DNA of 63,885 bases, counting the filler, from Thelocarpon superellum (Eukaryota), in the NCBI GenBank assembly GCA_026025795.1. It is 3 parts of 3 records of this genome, joined end to end, with 100 filler letters (N's around TTAATTAATTAA, not from the genome) between each part and the next. Parts side by side here need not be neighbours in the genome. Positions count along the whole stretch, not along the records: positions 1 to 22,217 come from JAPEUG010000301.1; 2 more parts are not named here. One strand, written 5' to 3'. Positions 1 through 10,126 of the stretch are shown in pieces. The number at the start of each line of letters is the position of its first letter. Position 1 is the stretch's first letter. A model generated the notes under the pieces. It searched no databases. It saw only the letters and a program-made list of their open reading frames with translations, and had not been told where the DNA came from. The translations under genes were made by a program, and so were the position numbers.

Positions 1-42
1 GGCCGCCTTCTGGAACTCGGGCGACTGCGGAACGGCCGACAT
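1..42 (-). CDS. ACB1: 5' end of probable acyl-CoA-binding protein (runs off the left edge of the window)
   Basis: Minus-strand ATG at 42 in a CCGCC-ATG context gives MSAVPQSPEFQKAA, which resembles the N-terminus of fungal ACBPs (..QS.EF.KA). Only 14 codons are visible. Confidence 0.5.
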   Translation of the reverse strand, partial: MSAVPQSPEFQKAA

Positions 43-1540
43 GGCGGATCACTTGATGATCGTGTAATTAGAAATGCGGCAAAGGACGTCGAGGAGAGCT
101 ATCAAGGACGAGATCGGGACGGGATCTGAAGGGCGATGAGAATCCGAGAGATGACCATGTATGAGCTTCGATGCTGTCTTTGGCGGGGGGAACCTCAACC
201 GAGGCCGACGATGACGTAATCTGGCGGGGCGGCAGCGGCATTTCCCCCCCTGCACCCACTTACACTGCCACTGTGAGGGATGTGAGGATCTGTAGGGTCA
301 TGTGGACACCATGTGACCCGGCAGCATCCACATATAGCAACTGTAGCTTGGCCTAGCTAGGAGGACAATGAATCAATCTGCTTCTAGAGACAAGAGGCCA
401 AGAGCCTGACATCCACCCACCATTTGTACCTCTTTACCTTCCACCTCTGAGTTACGCGAGGTCGTTGACGGTGTTGCCAATGGGGCGGATTGGTTACCAG
501 CCGTAGCGGTTCTATATATCTAAGTGGGGTGTAGATCTCTGGCTAGCCGGCCTCTGGCTGGAACAAAAAGTACTTCGCCTCCTTAGCTAAGCAACCTTCC
601 TCACATGAGCAGCAAATCGCCGTGACTGCTCAACAACGGCACTTCCCTGGCTGAGTGGATTTCGCCAAATCGCTGCCGACCGTAACGATCATGTCTGGAT
701 CGGTGTGTTTGGTGGCGTCTAGAAACCGTGCAGCGCTCCTTTTCACAGGCATTTCCAGCAGCGGTCCTTATCCACGTCCGTTTCCCATCGGCAGGAAAGA
801 TAGATAAGGAGCCTGGCACGTGGGGACGGTCTCGCCCTTCCCGCGCTTTGCATGCTGCATTTGTCGACCCTGTCTGGCACCAAAGCGTTGCTCGCACTCC
901 TGTCCGCCTCAAACCCAAAGAGGCAATAGTAAAATGACACAGCGCAAGAGGTCACAGGGTCAGCAGATAGTCTACACCCAGAATAGTATCAATGCACCTT
1001 GGCTGGATCTTGCGCGCATGCAATTGCACGGTCCAATGCCATGACCATTGCATGATTCTGACAGGGCCCCTCTCCGTGGACAAGGCTAAGCCAAATGCAG
1101 CAGAGCATGCACGATCGTCCTGCTCTCGCGGGATGCTTTGAGGTACTTGGTCGGGATCATCCGCAGGAGCGTACTGCGGTAGTGGGAGCTGCCATGTGCG
1201 CGACGAAGGACAGGTCCCGTCACGTACGAGGCTCGGCGACGCGGGTCCACCGTCTAATCGAGGGACAGCGATGCCTCCGTGGCCACCCCCCCATCTCTCT
1301 TCAAGCTGCGAGCAAGCTCCTGGGAGACGACTCTGATGGTCGGTATGATACCGCTGTCACTCCCGCTCAAATCTCATCCTCCGTCGAGCTGAAAGTACGT
1401 CAGTGGACGGGGGCGAAAAAGGGAGCCTTCCAACAATTGCCATCGACCTCGGCCGCGGTCCCCACGACGCCGCAGTGAGATCGACGTCGGAAGTCAGTCT
1501 GGCTGCGACCCCGGAGCACGCGTCCTGCGGACGAAGCAAC

Positions 1541-2140
1541 ATGAGACCCAGCGTCCTGCTGACCTCGATTCTGTGCGCCGTCTCGTGGGCCGTGGTGAGC
1601 GGGCGTCCGACTGAGATGACGGGGATGGAGCTACAAGCTGGCGCGGACGGATCGACATCTGGCCTGGTGACCCTTGCGGGATGAACAGTCACCGTGGGCC
1701 CCCATACCATGGACGTCTCCTTGCCGGAGTACGGTTTCCGTTTGTTCGTGAGCTTCCTCGCCCCTCGCATCGCAGACAACCTGGTCATCCCAGCCATCAC
1801 CGCCGCCATTTCCAGTTTTCGCGTCAAGGCTGCTCGTTCGACGTCTGCCCGTTTGCGATGGAGCGACTCTGACGAGAGGCGCCTCAACCCCGCTGGCATA
1901 ATTGCACGGGATGGCACCATTCCTTTCTTGATGCTGCATCGAGATAGCAGAGCCACTACTTTCACCAACGGCGCGGTGTTGCAGGTCCTGATGGTCCTTA
2001 ATGAGCTGGTGTTGAATGCCAAAGAGCGGAAAGCTTGGCCGTTAAGGGGCATCTTCGCTGCTATTGTCGGAGACGACTCGGACCACTATTTCCGCGAAGC
2101 CGCCATTCAAATCGGGAGCCGCCGAGATCTACATTGGTAG
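1541..2140 (+). pseudogene. Secreted orphan protein (~199 codons) with one in-frame TGA at 1682-1684; pseudogene, sequence error or recoded stop
   Basis: ATG 1541 begins a signal peptide (MRPSVLLTSILCAVSWAVVSG|RP). ORFs 1403..1684 and 1694..2140 are in the same frame and separated only by TGA at codon 48. The C-terminal part resembles the neighbouring 3176..3883 protein. Confidence 0.55.
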
Positions 2141-3175
2141 GGGGGATGCACAAGACGAGCATGGGTGGGAGGCACAGAGGGGATGTACGGCTGTGTAAGA
2201 AGAGAGACGAGAAGAAGAAGAAAACCCGATGATGAGCCGGTGCGCGTTCGACAGGTGCATGTCTGAACCTACGAGTCGCGTTCTAGGCTCGACCATGAAG
2301 CACGACTGCTTTGAAATTCGGCGATGAATTCAGATAGAGGGTCGTGGGGTGATCATCCTCGCTTCATGGGCGACGCGCCCCGTCTCGATACAGGATTTAG
2401 CCGTCACATGTCTGCCACGCGCAGGGTGGACGATTATGTGCATCACTCAAGCCAACACTGCAGGCATCGCTTACGGTAGGTAGCATTTTCGCTCGTCGCA
2501 CTGTACTGACACCACCCAAAATATAGACAGGAATGGGTGGTCTACTCTATAGAAGCTATCTGTTATTCTGAGCTAACCGTAGTAGTACGGTGGGTCGCAT
2601 GCAGCAGCTTAGTCAAAAGCCTAAAGCTCCTGTATGGAGCCTCCACAGTACCTGGATTGTGCCACTCACGCATGGGTCAAGTACCCGGGCATGAGAAGAC
2701 TCGCGCAGCACATTTAGTGAAGCGGATGTGCAAACGTTTCTTGGGGTGTGCCCCACGCCACACTGCGGCTGACGGCCCCCAGATCATGCCGCTGTGCATT
2801 CGCCTATCTTCCGCCTTGCCGGCTCATGCAGTTGTTCATTAAGGTTGAACTCTGGCGGCGGTAAACTTCGCAGGACATCCTCTGCCTCGTACGGAAGACG
2901 TCCTCATACCGTCGTAAGGTTAATTTCATATGGTCTCGCAAGAGCCGTCAACCCTAGAAGGATGGCCATTGCAGGGAGCGCGTGCCGTCGCATAGTGGCC
3001 TGCCCATGCGGCCAACACCAGGGGATGGCCATGGCCCGGGGGATGATATAATACCGCCTACGACCGGCTTTTATGTAGGCTATGTTCCACGGTCGCTCTC
3101 CTTCTACGACCCGTGTCCGTTCGTGGCCAACGCAAATGGTGTCGTTGCGGTGAGTCGTTGCGGTGAGTCCACGCG

Positions 3176-3883
3176 ATGCGCTCGCTACCGTTCGTCCTCT
3201 TGCTCCTGGCCTCCGTGGCCGCCACGTTGGCGGCGGTGGTCCAGGAGCGAAGTCCCCAGGACCACCAGCCGGCTACGGAGCACAGGGTGCTGAAGGCGCT
3301 GGTCCCCCTCGCCATCAGCGCGGGGATCCAGCAGGTTCGATGTGCGGTGCGTCGCCGATCGAAGCTGCACCTCCTCATCAACTACGGACTCGACCAAGTG
3401 GTGCCAGAGGCCCTCAATCTCGGCATGAGAAGCCTCTTCACAAGATACATCGACACGCTACGGACCGGAGACCGATGGCTGATGCCAGGGACGCGCGAGA
3501 TTTTCATCACCCAAAGTGGCGTGTACGCCTACATCAAGGTCTACACGCAGATGAGCGGCAAGAGGATGGCGGAAGTGCTCTCGATGCTCTATCAAGTTGG
3601 CGAGCGGCTCGAGCACAGGCGAAGGCAGATCCCCTTGGGAGGCGTGGTCGTTGGCGTCTATCCCGACGCCGCCTGCCAAGAGCCCGTCATGGCCTCGGTT
3701 CAGATCCTGAAGACCACGGACGCCTGGAATCTGGTCGACGCGACCACTTTCCAGCATTGGCAGAGGAGTCTCCAGGAATTCATTTCCAATCCATACTTTA
3801 TCGAAAGCAGACTGGTGTCCATGCTCGACGAGGTGATCCCCACCATTTCACACGGCAGCGTCGATGCGAGTGGCGGTGACTGA
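3176..3883 (+). CDS. Secreted hypothetical protein, 235 aa, single exon
   Basis: Signal peptide MRSLPFVLLLLASVAATLA; GC3-rich codon usage; TATA-like GATATATA near 3043; no recognisable family. Confidence 0.75.
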   Translation: MRSLPFVLLLLASVAATLAAVVQERSPQDHQPATEHRVLKALVPLAISAGIQQVRCAVRRRSKLHLLINYGLDQVVPEALNLGMRSLFTRYIDTLRTGDRWLMPGTREIFITQSGVYAYIKVYTQMSGKRMAEVLSMLYQVGERLEHRRRQIPLGGVVVGVYPDAACQEPVMASVQILKTTDAWNLVDATTFQHWQRSLQEFISNPYFIESRLVSMLDEVIPTISHGSVDASGGD

Positions 3884-4100
3884 CCAGTCGGCGCATCGAT
3901 GGCGAGCTTTCATCACAATTCCATGCTTGAGAGGCGTCCGACCGGTTTGGCGTACAGCGGTCAGGCACGGAGCGGGATGGACGGTGGCAGCGGTAAGCCC
4001 ACAGGCGGAGAAGGAACCGATTGCATCGAGATGGACCCAACCACTGTATTATACGACCGCATACATGCGCCCATGCGCCCATGCGCCCGAGCCTTGGTCC

Positions 4101-4778
4101 TCACCCCCGCCCCACCCGCGCCTGCTCTTTCTCTTGCAATTTTCGACGTGCGTCGAGAATCATCTCCTCACGTCGCCGCTGGAGTAACATCTGCCGTTCC
4201 GACTTGTTCTGCGACCACGCCGACGTTTTCGAGGGCGTCATCTCGGCGCTGTCCGTGGCCGTGGCCATGGCTGTGCTCGTCAATCCGATCTTCTCACGCA
4301 GCCCATAACGAGTGATCAAGTCGGGGTGTGCTGGGGTGGCCTGGGATTGCTGTGGGGGAGTGTGGGCATCCGCGGTCGAGGCGCGGGCGGAAGGCGGCGG
4401 CGGTGGAGGCTGGAAACTTTGTGGAGGCTGTAGTTTTGTATTGAGCAAGATGTACATGATTCAGCACGATCAGGATAGAGGACGAACCATATCCAGGCCT
4501 CTTCCCGTCAAGACTCTCTCCGTCGTAGCCGGCACACTGCCGCCATTCCGCATCAGGTCCCAGATGATCTCTCGTCGCGTCAACTGAGGAAACATAGCTT
4601 GCAATTGAGCGACTTGTGCTTCGTCGACTCGCCGACCGCCCGCGCCCGCCGAGGAGGATGAAGAGTTTCGTGATTGGGAGGTGGCAGGGGAGAAGAAGAA
4701 GTATCGAATGGCCAGGGCACTGATGAGCATGAAGGCCAGGAGTTGCGGGACATTGAGGGTTTGACCTGTATCGGCCAT
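4101..4778 (-). CDS. Membrane-anchored CUE-domain ubiquitin-binding protein (Cue1/Cue4-like, ERAD)
   Basis: Exons 4778-4488 and 4427-4101 (intron GTTCGT..CAG). N-terminal TM (LLAFMLISALAIRYFFF); CUE motif QLQAMFPQL..EIIWDLMRNGGSV..T.ERVL; LITRYGL; C-terminal ERQMLLQRRREEMILDARRKL helix. Confidence 0.85.
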
Positions 4779-5652
4779 GGCGGTTATGAAGCAGCAGGAG
4801 GAGGAGGAGGAGGAGTAGGAGGACCAGGAGAAGGAGGACCAGGGGAAATAGATGTAGGAGAAGTAAGGCCAAAGCCGGAGACTGGGGTTGAGCCGGGCGG
4901 AAAGGTACGAGTACGATACTGTAGGCTGGAGCCGTGCGTGGACGACGCAAATCACGGACACGTGATGTGCGAGTTGGCTGCTGCATCTTACCCGTGCCAT
5001 GAACCAGACAAATGGGATGGATCTCTGCCCAAACGACACCCCCCTTGCCCGTCCCGATCTAGCGGGTCTGTGGCGCCGCCCTCCGCTCGCGCGACCCGGG
5101 TTGCGCCCGGGGCCCGTCTCCCCTTCCGTCGCTGTCGCTGTATCATCGGCCATGAGAGCTTCAAACCGACATTTGGAAGATCTGACCTCTTCTCAGTGGC
5201 ACTTCCAATAGTCCTTGAGCTACTTGAGTTGAATCTTTTAACTTAGCGTGTCCGTCTCAGCAAGTAAATCGCGGGATAATGTGGCGACAACCCAGACTAC
5301 ATCTCCCGAGCTTAGGCAATCTGATAGACACCCAGGACCTCCAGGACCTGGTCCATCTCCGATGCAGCTGTGCTGCATACAACCCAGCCGTATCACATAA
5401 GATGAGGAGCCTGCGCAGCGCCAGAGTCACAGGACTCCTGCCGGTGATTCACCACGTGACCTACAGCATCACTACGCTGCCCATGAGTCCTGACAAGATC
5501 CTACGAGGTCGGTGTTGGGCGGGCGCCTTTGGCACTGGCTGCGGGCAGCCGCAGCGACCGGTCCCTGATCGGGTCACCAGTCGCGAGTTCGAGCCTTACG
5601 CTGCCCGCCTCCCACATGGCGACGGAAGAGGTGGCGATCAGATGTTGACGTG

Positions 5653-5700
5653 GTCAATCAATCGGTCAATCAATCCGTCAATCAATCCGTCGATCAATCA
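5653..5700. repeat. Tandem 12-bp repeat (GTCAATCAATCC-like) x4
   Basis: gtcaatcaatcg gtcaatcaatcc gtcaatcaatcc gtcgatcaatca, read directly. Confidence 0.85.
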
Positions 5701-5840
5701 TGTCAAGGGTCGAGTCCCTGACACGCTGCCACAAGCCGGCGTCCCATGGACCAGGGTCCTGAATGATTCCATGCCGAAGTGATGGAAGAGGACTACTGTC
5801 AGGATGACCGAACACGGAGGTCGGAGCTTCGGTGAACACG

Positions 5841-7219
5841 TCAGGCAGATGCCAGGCCCGTCGGTGTCTTCGGTGCTATGCCGACTTGAGAGCCGGCAAC
5901 GTCGAAGACGACGAAGTGAGACATGAAGAACGGGAGGCCGAAGATAGTGCCTATTTCTCCCGGTATGCTATTGATTCCGACATTGCCGGAGCAGTTGGGC
6001 GCATCTGAACACCCATGGTCAGTATGCAATCGGAGCAATGTGAAGTGGAGCAAACTCATACCACTGCCGATGTTCTCCCAGATTGTCAGGGTGCCTGGGA
6101 TGGTGATGTGGTGCAAGCCGACGTAAAAGGAGATGTCCGGATGCGCTTCATTGCAAGGAAGAGTGTATGGCGAGCCATTTGAAGAGACCCCTGGGACCCG
6201 TTGGGCGTAGCTTTGGTACCACTGAGGGCTGAGCTGAGTGTTCGTCGTTCCTGTGTCTATGAACAAGCCATGTCAGTCAAGGAGAAGATGAAGGCGGTTT
6301 CATGGACCAATACCTAGAAGACACAGTTCCTGTCGGCCGTCATTGATTGATAGATTGCCAATCGAGAAGTTGCTGCATGGGACGAGCCAGTTGGGTTGCC
6401 GACTGGCGTGGACGGGAGTGTAGACGATTGGTCCAGTGGCGTTCGATGGATCAAGATGACCAAAGGTGAAGGTGCCCGTACTGTTCCGACGAAGATCAAC
6501 TGTAAAGATTTGCTTTGACAGTTTGCTCATCAGAGACTTTAGCAAAGATGCGTTGATTCCCAGACCAATGATTCCTTCCAGACAGATCCATGCCCGTCCC
6601 CGGATCCGATTGACGAGGGTGACGTTGACTTGGTCTGCGAGTAACTCACCAAACCCGACCGACCCCGTGCCCAGTGTTCCATACACCATTTGGTCCCCAC
6701 CATATTCGTCGGTAGATGGAGTGCTCGTCGTCTCAAAATTGACGCTCAGCTTCGGATCAAAGCTCGTGGTGACATTTCCGGATTCATTCGCAGGGACCAG
6801 ATTGGTGAGCACAAGCCTTGACACAAGACTCAGCATCTCTTCATCAGGCGACGAGAGCGGCGGAGCTTTACACTTCGGCAGAGCCGGTATCCATGAGCAA
6901 CGGGACTTCCTGGCCCCCAATGCTAACGTTGCTGAAGAAGGCACCCGCGGTAGTCGGAAGCCACGCATTCACAGACCAGGAACTTGGACTTGGATGGGTT
7001 TGGCCGAGAATCGAGGGTGTGCTAGACGTCTACTCCTGGTCAGTGGGACGGGTTCCAGAGTCGTGACCAGCTTCGTCTCTTTGGCTTCCGGCCGGCGCGG
7101 TCGAAGAGGGGCGGATGCATGCCGTCGGGACTCACGTTGCTCACGCTCGGGGCGCTGGGCCGTGCATACGCTGGCATATGGAACAGTGGAAAAAAGAGAA
7201 GAGAGGGGAGAGTACGCAT
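5841..7219 (-). CDS. Secreted pepsin-like (A1) aspartic protease, ~5 exons
   Basis: Signal peptide MRTLPSLLFFPLFHMPAYA. First catalytic motif VSIGGQEVPLLMDTGS; flap EYGGD; EGIIGLG; second motif LL-D|TGTT with the Asp codon split by an intron; C-terminal IFGLPFFMSHFVVFD..GIA. Confidence 0.85.
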
Positions 7220-8249
7220 TCTATTGCGGGCGCGGCTAGTGGAAAAAGGATGGGTTGCAGAGAGCATGCAGGCAGCATAGAGATGACCTCAATGGTAATG
7301 ACAGGTGCCTTATCGCACTTGTCGCGTCAGGTAGGGGGGGCGGAAGCAGCCCGTTGCAGGGTTTGTCACCGGATTGGAAGGATGAAAAAAATGGGGCCTC
7401 TCATGAGTTATTTGAGTGCCAGATATGACCGCAACAGCCCACGTCATGACGAGATAGTTTGCAATCTGTGCTGATCCAACAGGCATGAATCAGGACAGCA
7501 TGATGCCGAGAGGTCGTTTCGGTCGATGCTGTCCCCATCTCAGAATGCGTTGGGCTGGACGCACTGCGATAGACAACAGAGGTGCTGCCGATTTGTTAAC
7601 TCATGATTGATCTGCATTCTATCTTTACTGCAAGGCATGGACCCGTAGTTTTGAAATGATGGAGGAAGCAAATGGATTGGCTCACCCTCGACAAGAGAAG
7701 CGGGTCCACATCAAATGCATCGCATACCACGTTTCATGAGTGCAAAGCGCAGAAGATATTTTGGGAATCTGTGTCAAAGTCCACGGCGTCCCTGCGAAAC
7801 CAGAAGAATGCTACGGAACAGCAGCTGGTCGCGTTGCACCCCAGCGCGATGACGAGCGTGTTCCTTACCGCGTTCCCGACAAGATCGCGATGGACCCTCA
7901 TCTGATCGTGACTCTACAGAACCAGGTGATGCGACCTCCAGGTAGGGTGGCGACGTCCGGGTGCAGCAAGAATATGGGGTTGCCAGATGTCGCATGCTCT
8001 ACGATCTTTCGTTCCCGGCAAGCAACAAAACGATCGAGTTGCTGCTATGTTAGTTGGAAATGTCAGTGTGGTGGAAACTGCAATAGTTAGAATAATGTTA
8101 ATCAATTACGTGCGAAGGGCAAGACATGGATTTCGGCCACTAGGGTGCGAGGAACACACCAGCAGGTCACCCCACCACAATCATCCGGTTGATGTCCACA
8201 GCTTGCTCCATGAAGTGCCAGGTGGATTGGGCGTCGGAAGCCATTCGCA

Positions 8250-9834
8250 ATGAGGTCGACTAGACCTCCGATTTGGAAGTTGGCCTCCCCGTCGTCTCAA
8301 GCGTGCAGGCACAGGCTGTGGGTGAGGCCGAGGCGGTCGGACCTCGCTCGGCATGCGTCAACATCCTCTCGAATCAGCACGGCAGCACGTTCGACGGCCT
8401 TCCACACCAAGAATCTGGTCTACGGCACGGCATTCACGCTCCTCACAATATTTGGATATCTGTACATCACAGATACACGAGCCGGGGCCCATCGATGGCT
8501 CGTCGTGCCTTGTTTACGATGGATCTACAACGACGCCGAGGAGGCGCACGAGGTGGCTACGGAGACGTTCAAGTGGTTGTACGAACTGACACTCAATCCG
8601 CGAGAGCGGGTCGATCCGGATCCGGACGGACGTTTGGCAGTGGAGGTGAGAGCTCTTTTCCAGACGCACGTCCGACCACTGACATCGGCAGGTGTTCAAT
8701 CACACCCTCTCCAATCCCATGGGAACTTCAGGAGGACTGGACAAGCACGGCGAGATCCCGTCGGCGCTGCTGGCACTGGGGCCGGCCGTGGTGGAGATTG
8801 GAGGCATCACGCCCCTGCCCCAAGACGGCAATGCCAAACCGCGCGTCTTCCGGATCCCGTCCCAGAGTGCCATCATTAACCGGTACGGGCTCAATTCCGT
8901 CGGGGCCGAATCGGTAGCGATGCGCCTCCGACTCCGCGTCCGTCAATACGCACGTTCTCTCGGGCTCGGCCTGGGCGACGAAGGCGAGAGGAAGGTGCTC
9001 GATGGCGAAGCCGGCGTGCCCCCAGGCTCGCTCGTCAAGGGCAAGCTGCTGGCGGTACAAATCGCCAAGAACAGCTTCACGCCCGAATCGGACATTGAGG
9101 CGGTGAAAGCAGACTACGTGGCGTGCGTGAAGCAGGTGGCAAAATACGCCGACATTCTCGTCGTCAACGTGTCCAGCCCCAACACACCCGGCCTGCGCAC
9201 CCTGCAGCAAGCGGCGCCCCTGGCCTCCCTCCTCGCTGCCGTGGTTGACAGCACACGGCGCACGCAGCGTCATTCTCCTCCACCAGCGGTCATGGTGAAG
9301 GTCAGTCCGGACGAAGACTCGGAGAGTCAGATCCAGGGCATCTGCGACGCCATCATCCGCGCGGGCGTCGACGGCGTCATTGTGGGGAACACGACCAAGA
9401 CGCGTCCTGCGCCCATTCCACGGGGGGTCCAATTGAACGTGGAGGAGGATCGCATCATGCAGACGGAGGCAGGGGGGTTATCCGGGCCGCAGTTGTTCGA
9501 AAAGACGTTACGCCTGGTTGGGAAATACCGAGAGGTGCTGGATGGAAGACTGGACTCGTCGTCGTCAGAAGAGAGAGGGAAAGGCACGGGAGAAAGGGGA
9601 GATCGGAAAACAATCTTCGCAAGCGGGGGCATAACGACGGCGGCGCAAGCCAAAGCCGTGCTCGACGCCGGCGCAAGCGTGGCGATGGTGTACACGGTAC
9701 TGGTATATGGTGGTGTGGGCACCATTTCGGCTTTGAAGCGAGACTTGGTTTCCTTGACTCCGGCCCCTCCTCCTGCTCCTCCTTCACCTTCGTCATCGCC
9801 CTTGTCTCTGTCGCTGTCTGGGTCTTCCTCTTAG
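8250..9834 (+). CDS. URA9: Dihydroorotate dehydrogenase (quinone), mitochondrial, class 2
   Basis: Arg/Ser-rich presequence followed by a TM helix; intron 8646-8691; motifs NPMGTSGGLDKHGE, GNAKPRVFR, INRYGLNS, VVNVSSPNTPGLR, VKVSPD, GNTT, GGLSG, SGGI. Confidence 0.95.
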
Positions 9835-10126
9835 GAGGAGGAGGAGGAGGAGGAGGAGGAGGAGTGATTGTTTCAAGTACTTGTACCGTGGTACAAGAGG
9901 AGATAGATGGATAGATAGATTGAAAAGATGACGCTCGTAAGATAGAATGACGTGATGTGACGAGCACAACTGACGCCCCAACACCATCCCAATTCCCCCT
10001 TTTCCCTCGTTCATGCCACAATCCATCCATTTGGCCTCCTCCTTGACTTTCAAAAACGGATACAAGGAAGAACAAATACCCCCCGCCTCCCCTCAGCGAC
10101 CTGCGAGAAGTGCAGGCGTGATTCTT

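Noticed and set aside
300..356. Short ORF MWTPCDPAASTYSNCSLA* ending in a CAAX-like motif (a-factor-like pheromone?)
   Set aside because: CSLA is a weak CAAX, the peptide lacks typical precursor features, and it lies in the ACB1 promoter; likely chance.
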